Shown piece after piece: positions 23,770 to 35,890 of a DNA stretch of 64,000 nucleotides. Location: NCBI RefSeq assembly GCF_018977255.1, contig NW_024704743.1:107448001-107512000 (forward strand), read 5' to 3'. Position 1 is the first letter of the stretch. Every line of letters begins with the position of its first letter. Position numbers and translations under genes: made by a program. Under the pieces are notes generated by a model. The model ran no database searches. It saw nothing but the letters and a program-made list of their open reading frames with translations, and was not told the origin of the DNA. This DNA comes from Callorhinchus milii (taxonomy: Eukaryota).

Positions 23770-24140
23770 ATGATAATAGTAATAATCCTTGCATTTGATA
23801 TAATGCCTTACCACGTCTTCGAGACTTATGAAGTACTTCATAGAATATACTGTAAAGCGGATTGACTGTATATTATGTGGGCGAAATGCAGCAGCCAATT
23901 ACCCACAGTAATGTCCCGCAAATAGTTATGGATTGAGTGACCAAATTATTATTATTTTTATGAAAGGATTATTATCCAGGAAAAGCGGTCCGCCAATCGA
24001 CCAACAACCGAGTTCCCACTTACTGCTAGATAAACAGAGGCTTGTGGAGTAAGGAAACTTGCCCAACATTTTGCCCTGCCTGGAAATCAAACCCAGGTCC
24101 TCTTGCTTGCGAGGAGACTGCTCTCACCACTAAGCTACAG
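23770..24140 (-). mobile_element. tRNA-SINE, long subfamily, inserted in unclassified repeat B
   Basis: Full reverse-complement match to 2404-2766; flanks ~23650-23767 and ~24141-24225 are contiguous minus-strand pieces of repeat B. Confidence 0.9.
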
Positions 24141-25794
24141 TGAACATCCTTCGGGGAGAAGTGTGCATTCCATCCCAAAACACAGGAATTTCCACTTGCA
24201 GATGGCATGCATGGACTATGGATCTAAAGATCAACATTGGGTTGAACTGATTGTGTAGGTGAAGAGGCCATGGTTTTGGAGGATAATGCAGAACAGCGCA
24301 TATATGTATATATTGCCGTGGCAACATCCCTAAATGGTCTACTTCAATGACTCACAATTGCTATACAGTTGCCTACACATTCTGACATAGGAATATGCAT
24401 TTAGCAAGTCTGTAATCTGCAAAAAAATTTAAATGATAAAAGTTTAGAGGTACATTTATTGACCCCTTACTGGAACTCTGTTCTGATGCTCTGTATTCAG
24501 ATGGCTGGTTAACATGGCAGGAAAGGCATTCAAGGAAACTGCTCACATGTTGCTAACTAATTTACCATCCACATAATTAAAACAAAATTGTAACCTTCAG
24601 CTGCCAGTTGCTATCATTTACCCATAGATTTTCTTTCATCTGCTTCACAAGATATACGGAAAATAGAACCCAAGCCAGCAATTCAGCAATAAGAAGCCAT
24701 TAGGCTGCTCTGCTTTTTACTTAGGAGTCATCAATCTTACGCGACATATTGTAAGGTTCAACTATATTGTGAATAACCCATTGTTTAATAATGTCAAAGT
24801 TCATCATTTTGAAATCAGACGTTTGTAAAACCATTCATCATTTTAAACCATAATACCTTTCAGAACTTATGGTAAACATGGTCATTCTTGCAAACTGTGT
24901 CAGGTGAATTGCAGCAAAGTGTTCAAACTGTACGAAAATATTTATTAGCTAGGTATATTGTGGTTACAGGTAAACCACTAACTCATTAATCACTTGGAGA
25001 CAAAGGCAATAATGACCCTTTTCAGTACGAACTTCTCAAAATAATAGTTTTTTTATGAATCTTGGAATAATTACAAGGGCAGAGAATTGAAAAACCAATT
25101 ATTGTATCATGTCATGGTAGGAAGAAGATTTAATTCTTTCAAGTGCTTGAGTTTCTGATTTCAACAATAGCAATATGGTGAAATGTCAAACAGAGGCCTA
25201 AATGTTTCTAACAATGGAAATGAAAGCTTTGCTGCTTCATGACTGTATTTTTATGCATGTTCTGTTATTATATTGAGAATAACCATGGAAATTGGGTTCA
25301 AATCCAGCTCAGACTAATAGGATGAATCTTAATCTCTCTGCTGCCTCTGAATATCTTTTGGATGAAGAAGGCCCTTCAATTTATTTGATCTCATCCATCC
25401 AGAACACCCATTCTAGTTTGGAAGATCACCAGAGAGTTCAGATGTTCAGATTCTTCCAGAATTTGTATCCTACTATTGTTCAATTACAGCATCAAACAGT
25501 ATCCAGAATGAATCCTGGCCTCTATCATTCTTCCTGGTATCCTGGAAATCTGTTCTATCTGTTAGTTACCATCTTGATAAAGAAATATTTTCTGCTGCCT
25601 ATCCTAAAATTGTCCTTCCCAACTCAAAAGCTATGCCTGCTTGTTCCTGAACCATGCCATCCTGAACTACCTGTGTTCTTTCAATAGAGCTCTCTTTCAG
25701 CCATTGTCAAAACTCATTGGAATTGGGAAGCTTCAAACTGGCTTTCCACTTACAGTAACTTTATGGGACTAAATTGTAGCATTTTTTGATCAAA

Positions 25795-26070
25795 TAATAT
25801 AATAATAACAATCCTTGCATTTGATATAGCGCTTTTCACATCTTCTAGACGTCTCAAAGTGCCTCACAGAATATACTGTAAAGTGAATTGACTGTATATT
25901 TGTGGGCAAAACATGGCAGCCAATTACGCACAACAGTGTCTCACAAACAGTAGTGGATTGTAGTGACCAATTTATTATTGTTTTTTTCTTGAGGGATTAT
26001 TATCAGGTGTGTGGAGTAAGGAAACTTGCCCAAGTTTTCAAGGCGAGTGCTCTAACCACTGAGCTTCAGG
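25795..26070 (-). mobile_element. tRNA-SINE, short subfamily
   Basis: Reverse complement of the 23223-23520 type, with an extra deletion removing the B box. Confidence 0.88.
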
Positions 26071-26409
26071 TATTTTTTTGATGGTTTCCAAGTAAGAAAT
26101 TCAAGTCGCACATATGAAGACTCCTTCCAGAAACCAGAAGCACATCACAGGAATGGCGTTCCAACAACATCTAGTTCTGGAGTGACGTTTCTGTGGATCA
26201 ACAGGAATTCTAAGCGTATTTCTTAACAAGGAATCTTGCTAAGAAGTACCGCAAATTATTTCTCTACTCTCAGCGATAGCGTTCCATCTCTTCCAGTAGT
26301 ATAAACTGGGACTAAATGTGAGAAAAATAAATACTTTAGGTTCTGGGAGATGAAATGTATCTAAACAATTCAACTCCTATATTGAAAGTTATAACAGCCT
26401 CTGATTTGT

Positions 26410-26715
26410 CCTCTGCACTCGTCTGCCCAGCCCCTTTACGGAGATAACACAGACCTGCTGCACGTTCCACCACCCACAATTGCTGGCTGTGCCTTCAGCC
26501 ACTATGCCCCTAACCTCTGGAACTCCCTGCCTCAATCCCACTGCCTCATTCCCCCTCTTTACCTATCTTTAAATCCCATCTGAAAACCTACTTCTTCAAT
26601 TGTGCCTATGGTTACCTCCACCTTCTCCCTTGCCCTGTACCCAACCCTGCCACTGTACAGATCTCCAATTTGCTACGCTGAATGAAGGGACCCATATAAA
26701 TGTAACTTGTTGTTC
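26410..26715 (+). mobile_element. Degenerate L2 3' end
   Basis: gccttcagcc..ctctggaactccct..aaaacctacttcttc as in ~7200-7330. Similar 3' ends at ~30615-30860, 32890-33120 and 35310-35540. Confidence 0.75.
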
Positions 26716-29700
26716 CATTTATTGATTAAATCATTATGGATGTCACTTGGTGGATGATTCTTGTGTATCCCATTGTTCAGTTACTGTTAACAAAAGAAAA
26801 GGGAAAGTGCTATTTTTTAAAGCTCAGTGCTCACTAACTAAAACAAAATATTTTTACTTTAAAAATCAGCGAAAATATGTCACTTTTTCCAAGCATTCTG
26901 GAAATGGCTTTTTGTTTTAACCCTAAAAACACTTGATTGGTTCTACCCTGAGCAACATATTCCAGGGTTCATAAATAATGCTCTGTAATCTTTCCCAAGC
27001 ATGTAACCCTTTGAATGCAGCCTGTGTACTCAACAGAGGCATATTCTCAATGTTATAAATTATACTGTATAATTGTGATGAATATTCTCTACTACCGTCA
27101 TGACAAAATGAGATTAAAGATAGCTCAGATCAGAGGATTGTTGTTTTATTAATGCCATCCTGTCAATAAGCAGACAAATTTGAACGCAGCCACTAGCTGG
27201 TGAGAGCTCAAAGGGATCAGATCATTTTTTGACGGTGTCCTCTCCGAGGAACGATGAGAAAATGGCTGAATAATTAAAAGACAAAGAAAGAAAGGAATGA
27301 ATGAATGTAAACAAGTCACGGTTTTTAATGCTGCACTGAGCCTCAGTAAAAGAAAGGAGAGTTGTATGAGATGTGACCACTATTCCACCAGGGATAACAA
27401 AGGAGAAGGAGCTGTGTGCCAGGAGCTAGCAGCAGACTTCTCAGGTCACTAATTAAACTTCACAAGACCCAGTCTGACAAACGGTACAAACTGGCCTATT
27501 TTCTGCCATGTGTCCCGCAATTACTTGAAATGAATAGGTGACTTCATCTTCTCCTCGCAGTGTTTGTAATTTTAGGACAATTGCCAAAGAAACATTTTCC
27601 CAACTATTCAAAGACGTCATTCAAGCTGTGTTTACATAAAAAATTACCAGAGCTAACATTCACCTGGAATACAGTCACCCATTCTTTCAGGTCAACAGTA
27701 TGCATCAAATGTTTTGGGAGTTGAACGGCAATTAATTGGTAACCAGTCATCCATCATTTTTACTGTGCTGGGCAACAAGCAATATTCATATCTAGGAGGG
27801 AAATACGAGAGAAACAGTCAAGATCTCCTTTTAAAGTTGATGACGGCCACGTGAAGAGGTCTTCAGAAAACTTTTATAGACCAGTTAATGTTGAGAATAA
27901 TCTGTCGGTACTCGTAATGAGATTTGTCTTGCCATCTGTCGACTGCAAACACAAGTCTTGGATTGAAGTGAGAAATGATGATAAACGTTTCCCACAAATC
28001 GTTTTAGTCATGTGCTTACGTTGAATCAATGGCCGTTTTACATCTGCAAAAATATTGTAGAAAAAGCTAATTTTGTTTGTGCTGAGCTGCAACAGCAGGG
28101 GTCTTTAGCTGTCAGTTTTTGTACTGAGTTATATTGTTAAGATGCCCCCACCGGGAGATGGATTGAAACCTTCTGTACATGAATACATTAAAAGTTGATT
28201 CTGCTTCACAAGCTCCCATACAGCAGCAATAAAATTTGTCTCTCTGAAGGATTTCACATTTTTTGAAAATATATTAGAATTATAGTTAGAGACAAATGCA
28301 GTTAGAGACAAAGCATTTCTGGAGTGAAAGGTGTTTTATCCCTGGCAATATTATTAGCGTCTGTGGCACATACGTTTTATCAATGCTTATTTTTTTCAGA
28401 AAGTTTGAAATGTGGAGTGATTAGAAGAAGTCAGCGCCACTCTCTACAATCTTTCAAAGCTTTCACCAAAACTGTCTAAAATGAATCAGATTGCGGCCAT
28501 AAAATACACACAACCCATTACACCAGTGTGTTGTGGTGAGCACAAGCCATTCACTGTTGTGAGAAAGGAATCTCTGTTTTCTGATCCCATGATTTATTCA
28601 GTCTTGCAGTTCTTGTGAACTCCATTTCGTCTGCTGCTTTCCTTCAGTGAAAATATTCCACTGGCAACTGAATTCTTACAGGTTACTCGCAAATGGATGC
28701 TTATAAATGGCAGTATTAACATGATTGCAATTTTGATGGTTCTACTATAATTAATCATAGCCGAACTAAATACTGTAGGACAAGCTGCGTTCATTAACAT
28801 GCAATTTGTAAAGCCACGTATAATTTCAGTGTTAGCATAGCACAGTGCATATGTACAAGAACTGTACATCATTGTGTACCTTGACATTTGGCCTACCATA
28901 AATCTGCATTGCCAAACTAAAATTCAGTAGATCATATTACGAGTCTAGGCCCTTTGTATCATTATATTTATTAATTGGATTCATTTCTAGTCAATCAAGT
29001 TTAACTCTAGGGTAGTAAGTATGTCAACACAAAAGCTCAATTTAGTTGTCATCATTTTCTATGTTAAACCAGGTACCCAATCCTGATCTAATGAATAAAT
29101 TATTGATTATATATGCCAGAACTATCTCTTTACATGCTAAATATTATTAATATTAATCATTGCCAATCTCAATGCTGCTAATATTATTATGTGTCCATAG
29201 GGGGTCAAAAATCCAATATTACTAAAAGCATCCAATTCCTTATTCACCAAATAACATTAAAATGTGTTTGAAATAGCCCTTCCCCCACTTATGAAAAAAG
29301 AAATTTTGACCTCACTGTTATTAAATTTGTTTCCACATATTTTAGCACCTTGGGACGTCCTTCTGATGTGAAAGGCACTATATAAATGTAAATTTGTTGT
29401 TGTTGTATAACAACGTCTAACTTGCGTCTAACTTTGTTTAAGGTACCAGACCAGCGTGAGTGCAAAGTGCAGCTGGAAAATAAGACATTGGGATTGAAAA
29501 AGGGCTGTTCAGGGAGGCAGTAGAGATACTGGTGCCATCAGAAAAAGCACCTTGTGATATTAGTTACATCTCCAGCAGGAAAGCCCATGTGATTACACTA
29601 TCTCACAAAGCCTTACCTCTGACCCAGGATCGTCTCAGAGTGGAGGTCTCGTGAGTTGGAGTGACACAGGTGGGTTTCTGTTTAGCAAATGCAGTTTATA

Positions 29701-30871
29701 TTGGGAGGCGCTTTATAAAAAATAATAATGTTTGAAGTCGATATAGCGCCTTTCATGTCGGGTGGATGTCTCAAAGCGCTACACGGAATTTACTGTAAGG
29801 TGTAGTGACTGTGTAGTTTTTAGGTAAATTGTCCATAACTACCGCTTACCTGCGTACTGCTTTTTTCAACCCGAAAAATGCTGCAACATAAATACAGACG
29901 TGAGATAGAATCTGCCCCATCCCCAGGCTACAAAGCCCAAGCTGTCGGTGTGCACCAGTGAAACACTACAAAAGGTCTTTTGGGAGTTGTCTCACACAGC
30001 TCACAAAATGCCTGTAAATTAAAGTTGGCTTCTGCTGAGATTAAAACATATGACTATTGAAAAATCAGAAGAGACTTTTACAACCTCCCTATGTTAAATT
30101 CAACGTGTGTATGTGGAACTCTCAGTATTTTTGATTGCAGATTCTTAAGCAGGATGATAGGTTTCCACATGTGCCAGACAACCAGCTAAACAAAAAAAAT
30201 CAGTATGAAATTGTTCAATGCGGCAAATGTGACCTTCTGCTAGCATTGCCAGCACAGCCTTGTTTATGCGCGTTTCCTGAAAACTAGATCGAAGATATTA
30301 TTTGTTTGCACGTTCTCTTGTTTCTGAAGACAAAACTAAAATGGAAAAATACTCCTTTATTCTGCAGTACATTTTATACTAAATAACAAAGTTGTGTTTC
30401 ATTATTTGCAATTTGATAAAATCATGGTGACCCAGGGTGCATATCAGAGGTGTGCAGCAATGTAACAGACCTTTGAAGCACGTTTCTGCCCTGACAATAA
30501 CAGCTCTTGGAGGGGCCGACCAACCACTGGTAATAGACACTGCTTTCAATAGCTATACGGCTTTAGCTGGTTAAAATTCAGCAGTACCTCAATATACATT
30601 CAGTTTCCTAACCCTCCACCCTTGCCAAAATAACTCTTTGGAAATCCATCCCACAGTCCTTTTGCCTCATCCCTCCCTTGCCTCCTTCAAGGCCCATCTC
30701 AAGACCTTTCGCTTCAACCAGTCCTTCGGTCACCCTCATACCCACACCCTCCCTGCCCTCTAACTCTCCTGATACCAGCCCCAAATCATTGACTATCCAA
30801 TGCCTTGGGAAGACCTCTTCACGTGAAAGACGCTATACAAATGTAATTTGTTTGTTTGTTAAAAGTTTTGG

Positions 30872-31025
30872 GCTTAGGTTACAGGATGCATCCCTCCATG
30901 GAGCTTTCTATTCCAGATATGGAAATCTCCATAGGTAGGTGGTATACATATGTGGAACTGTCAGTTTTGTCTGGATACTCAGTATGGTGATGGGTTTCCG
31001 CATGTGTCAGACACCCAGCTGACCA
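30872..31025 (-). repeat. Unclassified interspersed repeat B fragment
   Basis: gggtttccgcatgtgtcagacacccagctg is the near-exact reverse complement of ~45901-45930; another fragment at ~30105-30190. Confidence 0.8.
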
Positions 31026-31539
31026 AATAAAAGCCGATAACAGCACAACTACAAAAAGAAAACTATAAGAACTACACTATTTTAGAATTCTAAGTTTCCA
31101 AAATTACGCCAAGTGTTTGTTTAACAATCACAGTCTTCTCATCTCATAAAAGAAAAGCTTACAAGTGAGAATAAATGCCAAACTTGATCATAAAATTGTT
31201 CTCCCATCAAAAAATACAGCAGGATATGGGGTTAATGTGGCATTTGGATCTTAGGTAAACATTCTCTCACTCAGTAGGGACAGAAACATCCATCATGCAA
31301 TTATCTAAAAGAGTCTCACATAGACGGTTGACTGACTTTTATTTTCTGATTTTATAGCCAATTGCGTCTATATTTCAGAATGACATAATTGTAAAGTACA
31401 GTTTTGTCAATGTTTATTAGCCTGAGACATTTGGAATTATGTATTTACTTGTCATTAGTAGTAATATACCACAGCATTGAGCTTGTTGTTTATTCTGGGA
31501 ACCCGAAACACCTAACAGATTGTCAGGTGTTGTGCAGCA

Positions 31540-32377
31540 TTCCATGGCTATATAATCCTTCTCCTCTCCCTTTCCTCAACTAAATGCTTCCATTTTGTGA
31601 CATCATTCGCAGACATGGGATCTGTTTCCATAAATAAGCAGGCAACACTCAACTGTACTTTACTCCCTCCACCCTTGACTGTTTATTTTCAAATTACTGT
31701 AGGTATGGTTGAAGAGGTAGGCTTTTAGTCAGGATTTAAAGACAGATAGGAAGGGGGAGGAGGCGATACAGAGGGGGTGAAGGAGGGAGTTTCAGAGGCT
31801 GATGGTGCACTTACTGAAGGCTCGGCCACCGACAGTTGGGAAGAGGGGGCAGGGGGGTCCCCAATAGGCCCCAGTTTGCTTTGCTGAATGGAGAGCAAGC
31901 AGAAGATTGGGGTAGGAGAAGAGCACAGAGTTAGGGAGGTGCTAAGACGTGAAGGGATTTAAGGATGAGGATAAGGATTTTAGAGTCAGTGGAGCCTGGT
32001 GAGGTTTGGGTTGATGGCTATGAGAAGGTTATTGCGGGTGAGGATGTGGGCAGTTTTCCATGGCTATATGGAGCTGAAGTTTGCAGATGGTGGAATTAGG
32101 AAGACTTACAAAGAGTGGTTTGGGAATCGAATCAGGAAAGAACAAAGGCTTGAATGAGGGTTTTGTGACATTTTGTGTTAGATAGCAGAGCAGCGATGAC
32201 GGACAATGTAGCCAAGATGAAAAAAAGAGTCCTGGTCAGGCACCGAAAGTGAGGAAAGGAGGAGGAGTGAACTGAAAACCAAGGTAGATTTGAGATAGTG
32301 AGTTTGAGATAGTGGCCATCAGGTTGCAAATTGTTGTTGTTGTAAAGGTATTGTAGGCATTGTCTGTACACAGTAAT
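31540..32377. mobile_element. Old L2 with two oppositely oriented pieces
   Basis: 31540-31680 (+) matches the RT region (gtgacatcattcgcagacatgg versus 6448-6469). 31700-32370 (-) matches the downstream part of ORF2. Confidence 0.7.
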
Positions 32378-35300
32378 GATTCATTCCATTGTTCCACCAG
32401 GAATGTCAAGTTAGCACTGACAGAAAGTTAAACTGTTCAATTAAACTGGGTTTGACAAACTGAGGAAGAAAGCAGGAGAATATAAGATGCTGTAGAATGA
32501 TTAACATAATGGGCTGAATGGTGGCAGGTACAGTTTAATGTTGAGAAATGTGAAGCAGTACATATTGGAGGGGGGAAATAAATTATATCCTAGATTTTAT
32601 GATTTTTAATGATCCTGAAGAACACAGAGATGTATGGGGTGTAGTTACAGACAGATTTGTAATGGTGGGGTTGTAAGCAATAAAGGACAAATGGAGACTG
32701 CTGGTTTTATAAATGGAGATATTGAATGGAAAAGCAAGGCGGTAATGTTAAAATTATACAAGGCATTGGTTAGACTGCAGTTGGAGTACTGAGCATGGTT
32801 CTGCTACAGAAACACGCAAATAGTGACTCATCCTAGTCAATCCAGATGTGTGTCACTCCACCATTCGGAAACAGCATTCCAATGAAATCTACCCTGCTCT
32901 CTGGAGCTCCACCATGGAATCCCTTTGACTATCTCCCTCCCTCACCTCATTCGAGGTCTGTCTCAAGACGTACCTCTTTGACAGAGCTTTCGGTCATCTT
33001 TCCCCTCCCAACTCCCCTTGGCTCCACCTTCAGCTTAGGTACCAAATCAGCATTACTAAGGGCCTTTGGACATCCTCCTGACATGAAAGGTGCTACATAA
33101 ATGTAAATTTGTATTGTATTGTATCATCTATTTCCACCCAAATCAGAGCAGAATTTCCTGCAGTCAAAGTGACACACATCCAGGTACTGTCAGGAATTGC
33201 TATACGCTACTTCCTGCTACGAACATTTTCATTACTTGAAGAGCAAGAACATAAATGGATTTGGGAAGAAATTAGAGAACTGGGATTAGAATAATCAGAT
33301 CCAATGGAGGAGCATAGGTAAATTTTAATTGTTCAGATTTCCTTCTTAATTAATGGGAATAAACGCCCACAAAAAATACAAAAAAACACAAAGAAGTTAT
33401 TGTGCTTATGGAAGTGAAGAGAAGACAATAGCAGCTAGAGAAGACCTCATTTCAGTGAAATGGAACTTTAATAATTTGTCACACAGTGTGATAAAATAAG
33501 AAAATGTATTCTTTGGCACAGAAACAACATGGCAAGATATTGGTTATCATTGTAAAGAAAGTCAATAAATATGTAAAAATGCCCACAACTGCATGGAACT
33601 GTTGCTGATGAATTAATAACCAGTGAAGATCGACCTCACAGGGACAATAGAATGCCTATGAAATCTGTCTCACGACCCAAGAAGATATCATCCCAACTGC
33701 TCAGGCTCCAAAGCAATGATGACAGCACGTCATCAGTTGGATTCACTGTTCGCCCTGGTAAGTGATGAAAAATAATGTCTGCTGTCTGTTTTAGTTAAAA
33801 AATAAATAATGCCAATCTTTCCTAATATGCATGCCAGCAATAGTTACTATAATTCTTGTAAAGCCTCAGGTATAATGTCCTGTGTCTATAATCATTTACT
33901 GTTCCTGCACTAAATTAATTATTAAGTGGCTCGTTGTCTCCTGCAACAGTTTTATTGTAAGAACATCTGCAGTTCATGCATAATCAAAAATCCCATATTA
34001 AACACAGTCTGTTCTGTCTCCATAACACAGTCACCAATGAATCACGCCAAGGGCTTTTAAGCAATTCAAAAGAGGAGGAACATCTAAATTGATGATACTT
34101 GACAGGGGAATGCATCAAGCCCTTCTCCGTCCAAACCTCTCTTGTGATTACATGTTTGTGTTAAGACCCCCCACATACCTGTGCAATTTAGTAACTGTGT
34201 CTTTGGCTCAATTGTCTCTGGACCTTCACTGGAATTTTCTTTAAAAAAAAGAGGCAACGCCATTAAAATCCAGGAGTACATCAGCTCTAATTCACAGGAG
34301 GAAAACCTTTGCAATATATCTGGATTATGCTGGCAGAGAACATATTACCCACTATCATACAATTTGGATGGGCCCAGTCACAGAAATAGGCTGGGTTTCT
34401 TGTCAATCTACTCCACACACTGGTATGAAACTAAGCAGGCTGAGTGCACAAAGTACATTGGTATTCAGAACATATACTTCCAAGGAACAGTTTGTGGAGG
34501 ATTTGGACCACCGTCCGGTTCTTCTAGGTTGATATGACACTCAATGTAGTGTCATCTGTAGGTAAAACATGTGTATAATATACAATCACAAAAACACATT
34601 GGGTCTATTTTGCAAACTGTAACATCACACTGTAAATGCATATGTACAGAGGGAATTATAGGAGATCATAATTATGCAATTGACAACCAATGAAATAAAG
34701 GCTAATTACTTAAGTAAGGGCATCTGTAACTTCCTCTGTGCACGTTTACACATGGTTTACATACAATTTGCATAACCATCCTCACTCACATTACAGACGT
34801 AGAATGAGATTATTTTCAATTGTGATTTATATTTACATCACAAAAGAAGGGCATACGCCTGGATGGAGAATAACAACAACAACTTGCAGTTATATAGCGC
34901 CCATCACTTGTGGCAGTGTCCCGGAGTGCTTATCGGTGGAGCATTGATATTTTCATATTTGTATGGAAGTGATCACTTCAATAATAACAATTCTCCTATT
35001 TTATAACCTCAAGATGTCACTTTACACAGATATATGATGGTATCAACTTCCCTGTCACACATGAGCTACAAAGATTTTAGTGCATTGTATTCCTTCCTTC
35101 TCTGCTGCATTCTTTGCTCCTTCGTGGAATTTGACTGGTCTCATTCTATTTAGAGATTAAAACTCTGGGCACGTTGCATTTCTTTGCCCTTCCTGTAACC
35201 AATTCCCAGTGTATGGAATCTAATATTGACATCAGAACACATTTTTTTTCACACAGTAGGTTGTGAACATAGGAATGTAGAATGTGGAAGTCAGCTTGGC

Positions 35301-35559
35301 TCAGACCTTCAACCTTTCTGCCCCCACTTTCTGGAACTATGGAGTACCTTCGCCTCCTTCAAGATCCGTCTCAAGACCATCCTCTTTGACCATGCCTTTG
35401 GTCATCTTCCATCCCCATCCTCCTTGACCCTCATTACTTCTGAATCCAACCCCCAACTCAGGTGCAAATCTCAACTGTCCAGCAACTTGGGCTATCCTCC
35501 AGACATGAGGTGCTATATAAATGCAATGTGTTGTTGTTGTCTCATTCAGCAAAAGTCTC

Positions 35560-35890
35560 AGTTTGGCTCAGAAAATTGTGAGTTTAAGTTCTAGGTTGAG
35601 GAGTTTGACCACATGGCCCATTGACACTTCAGTGCAATGCTGGGGGAGCATTGTGTTGCTGGAGGTCAGCAACACAATGCTCCCCCAGTATTGCATATTA
35701 TTCCTTTGGATAAGATGTTGAACCAATGTGTTCTCTATCTGTTTAGTTAAGAGTTAAAAAACATAACATAGTTTGCCCCAGCCAACAATGCTTCAATTAT
35801 TAGTTATTTTATTGCTGTCTGTTTGTGGTACATTGCTGTGTGCAAATTGGCTGCTATGTTTGCCTAAAGATACTAGTCACTACACTTGTA
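35560..35890 (+). mobile_element. Old Deu-domain SINE containing an inverted duplication
   Basis: tgacacttcagtgcaatgctggggg..ggataagatgttgaacc..cattgctgtgtgcaaattggctgc. Confidence 0.65.
35633..35695. repeat. Near-perfect 29-bp inverted repeat with a 5-nt loop
   Basis: tgcaatgctgggggagcattgtgttgctg-gaggt-cagcaacacaatgctcccccagtattgca; 28/29 Watson-Crick pairs. Confidence 0.97.
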
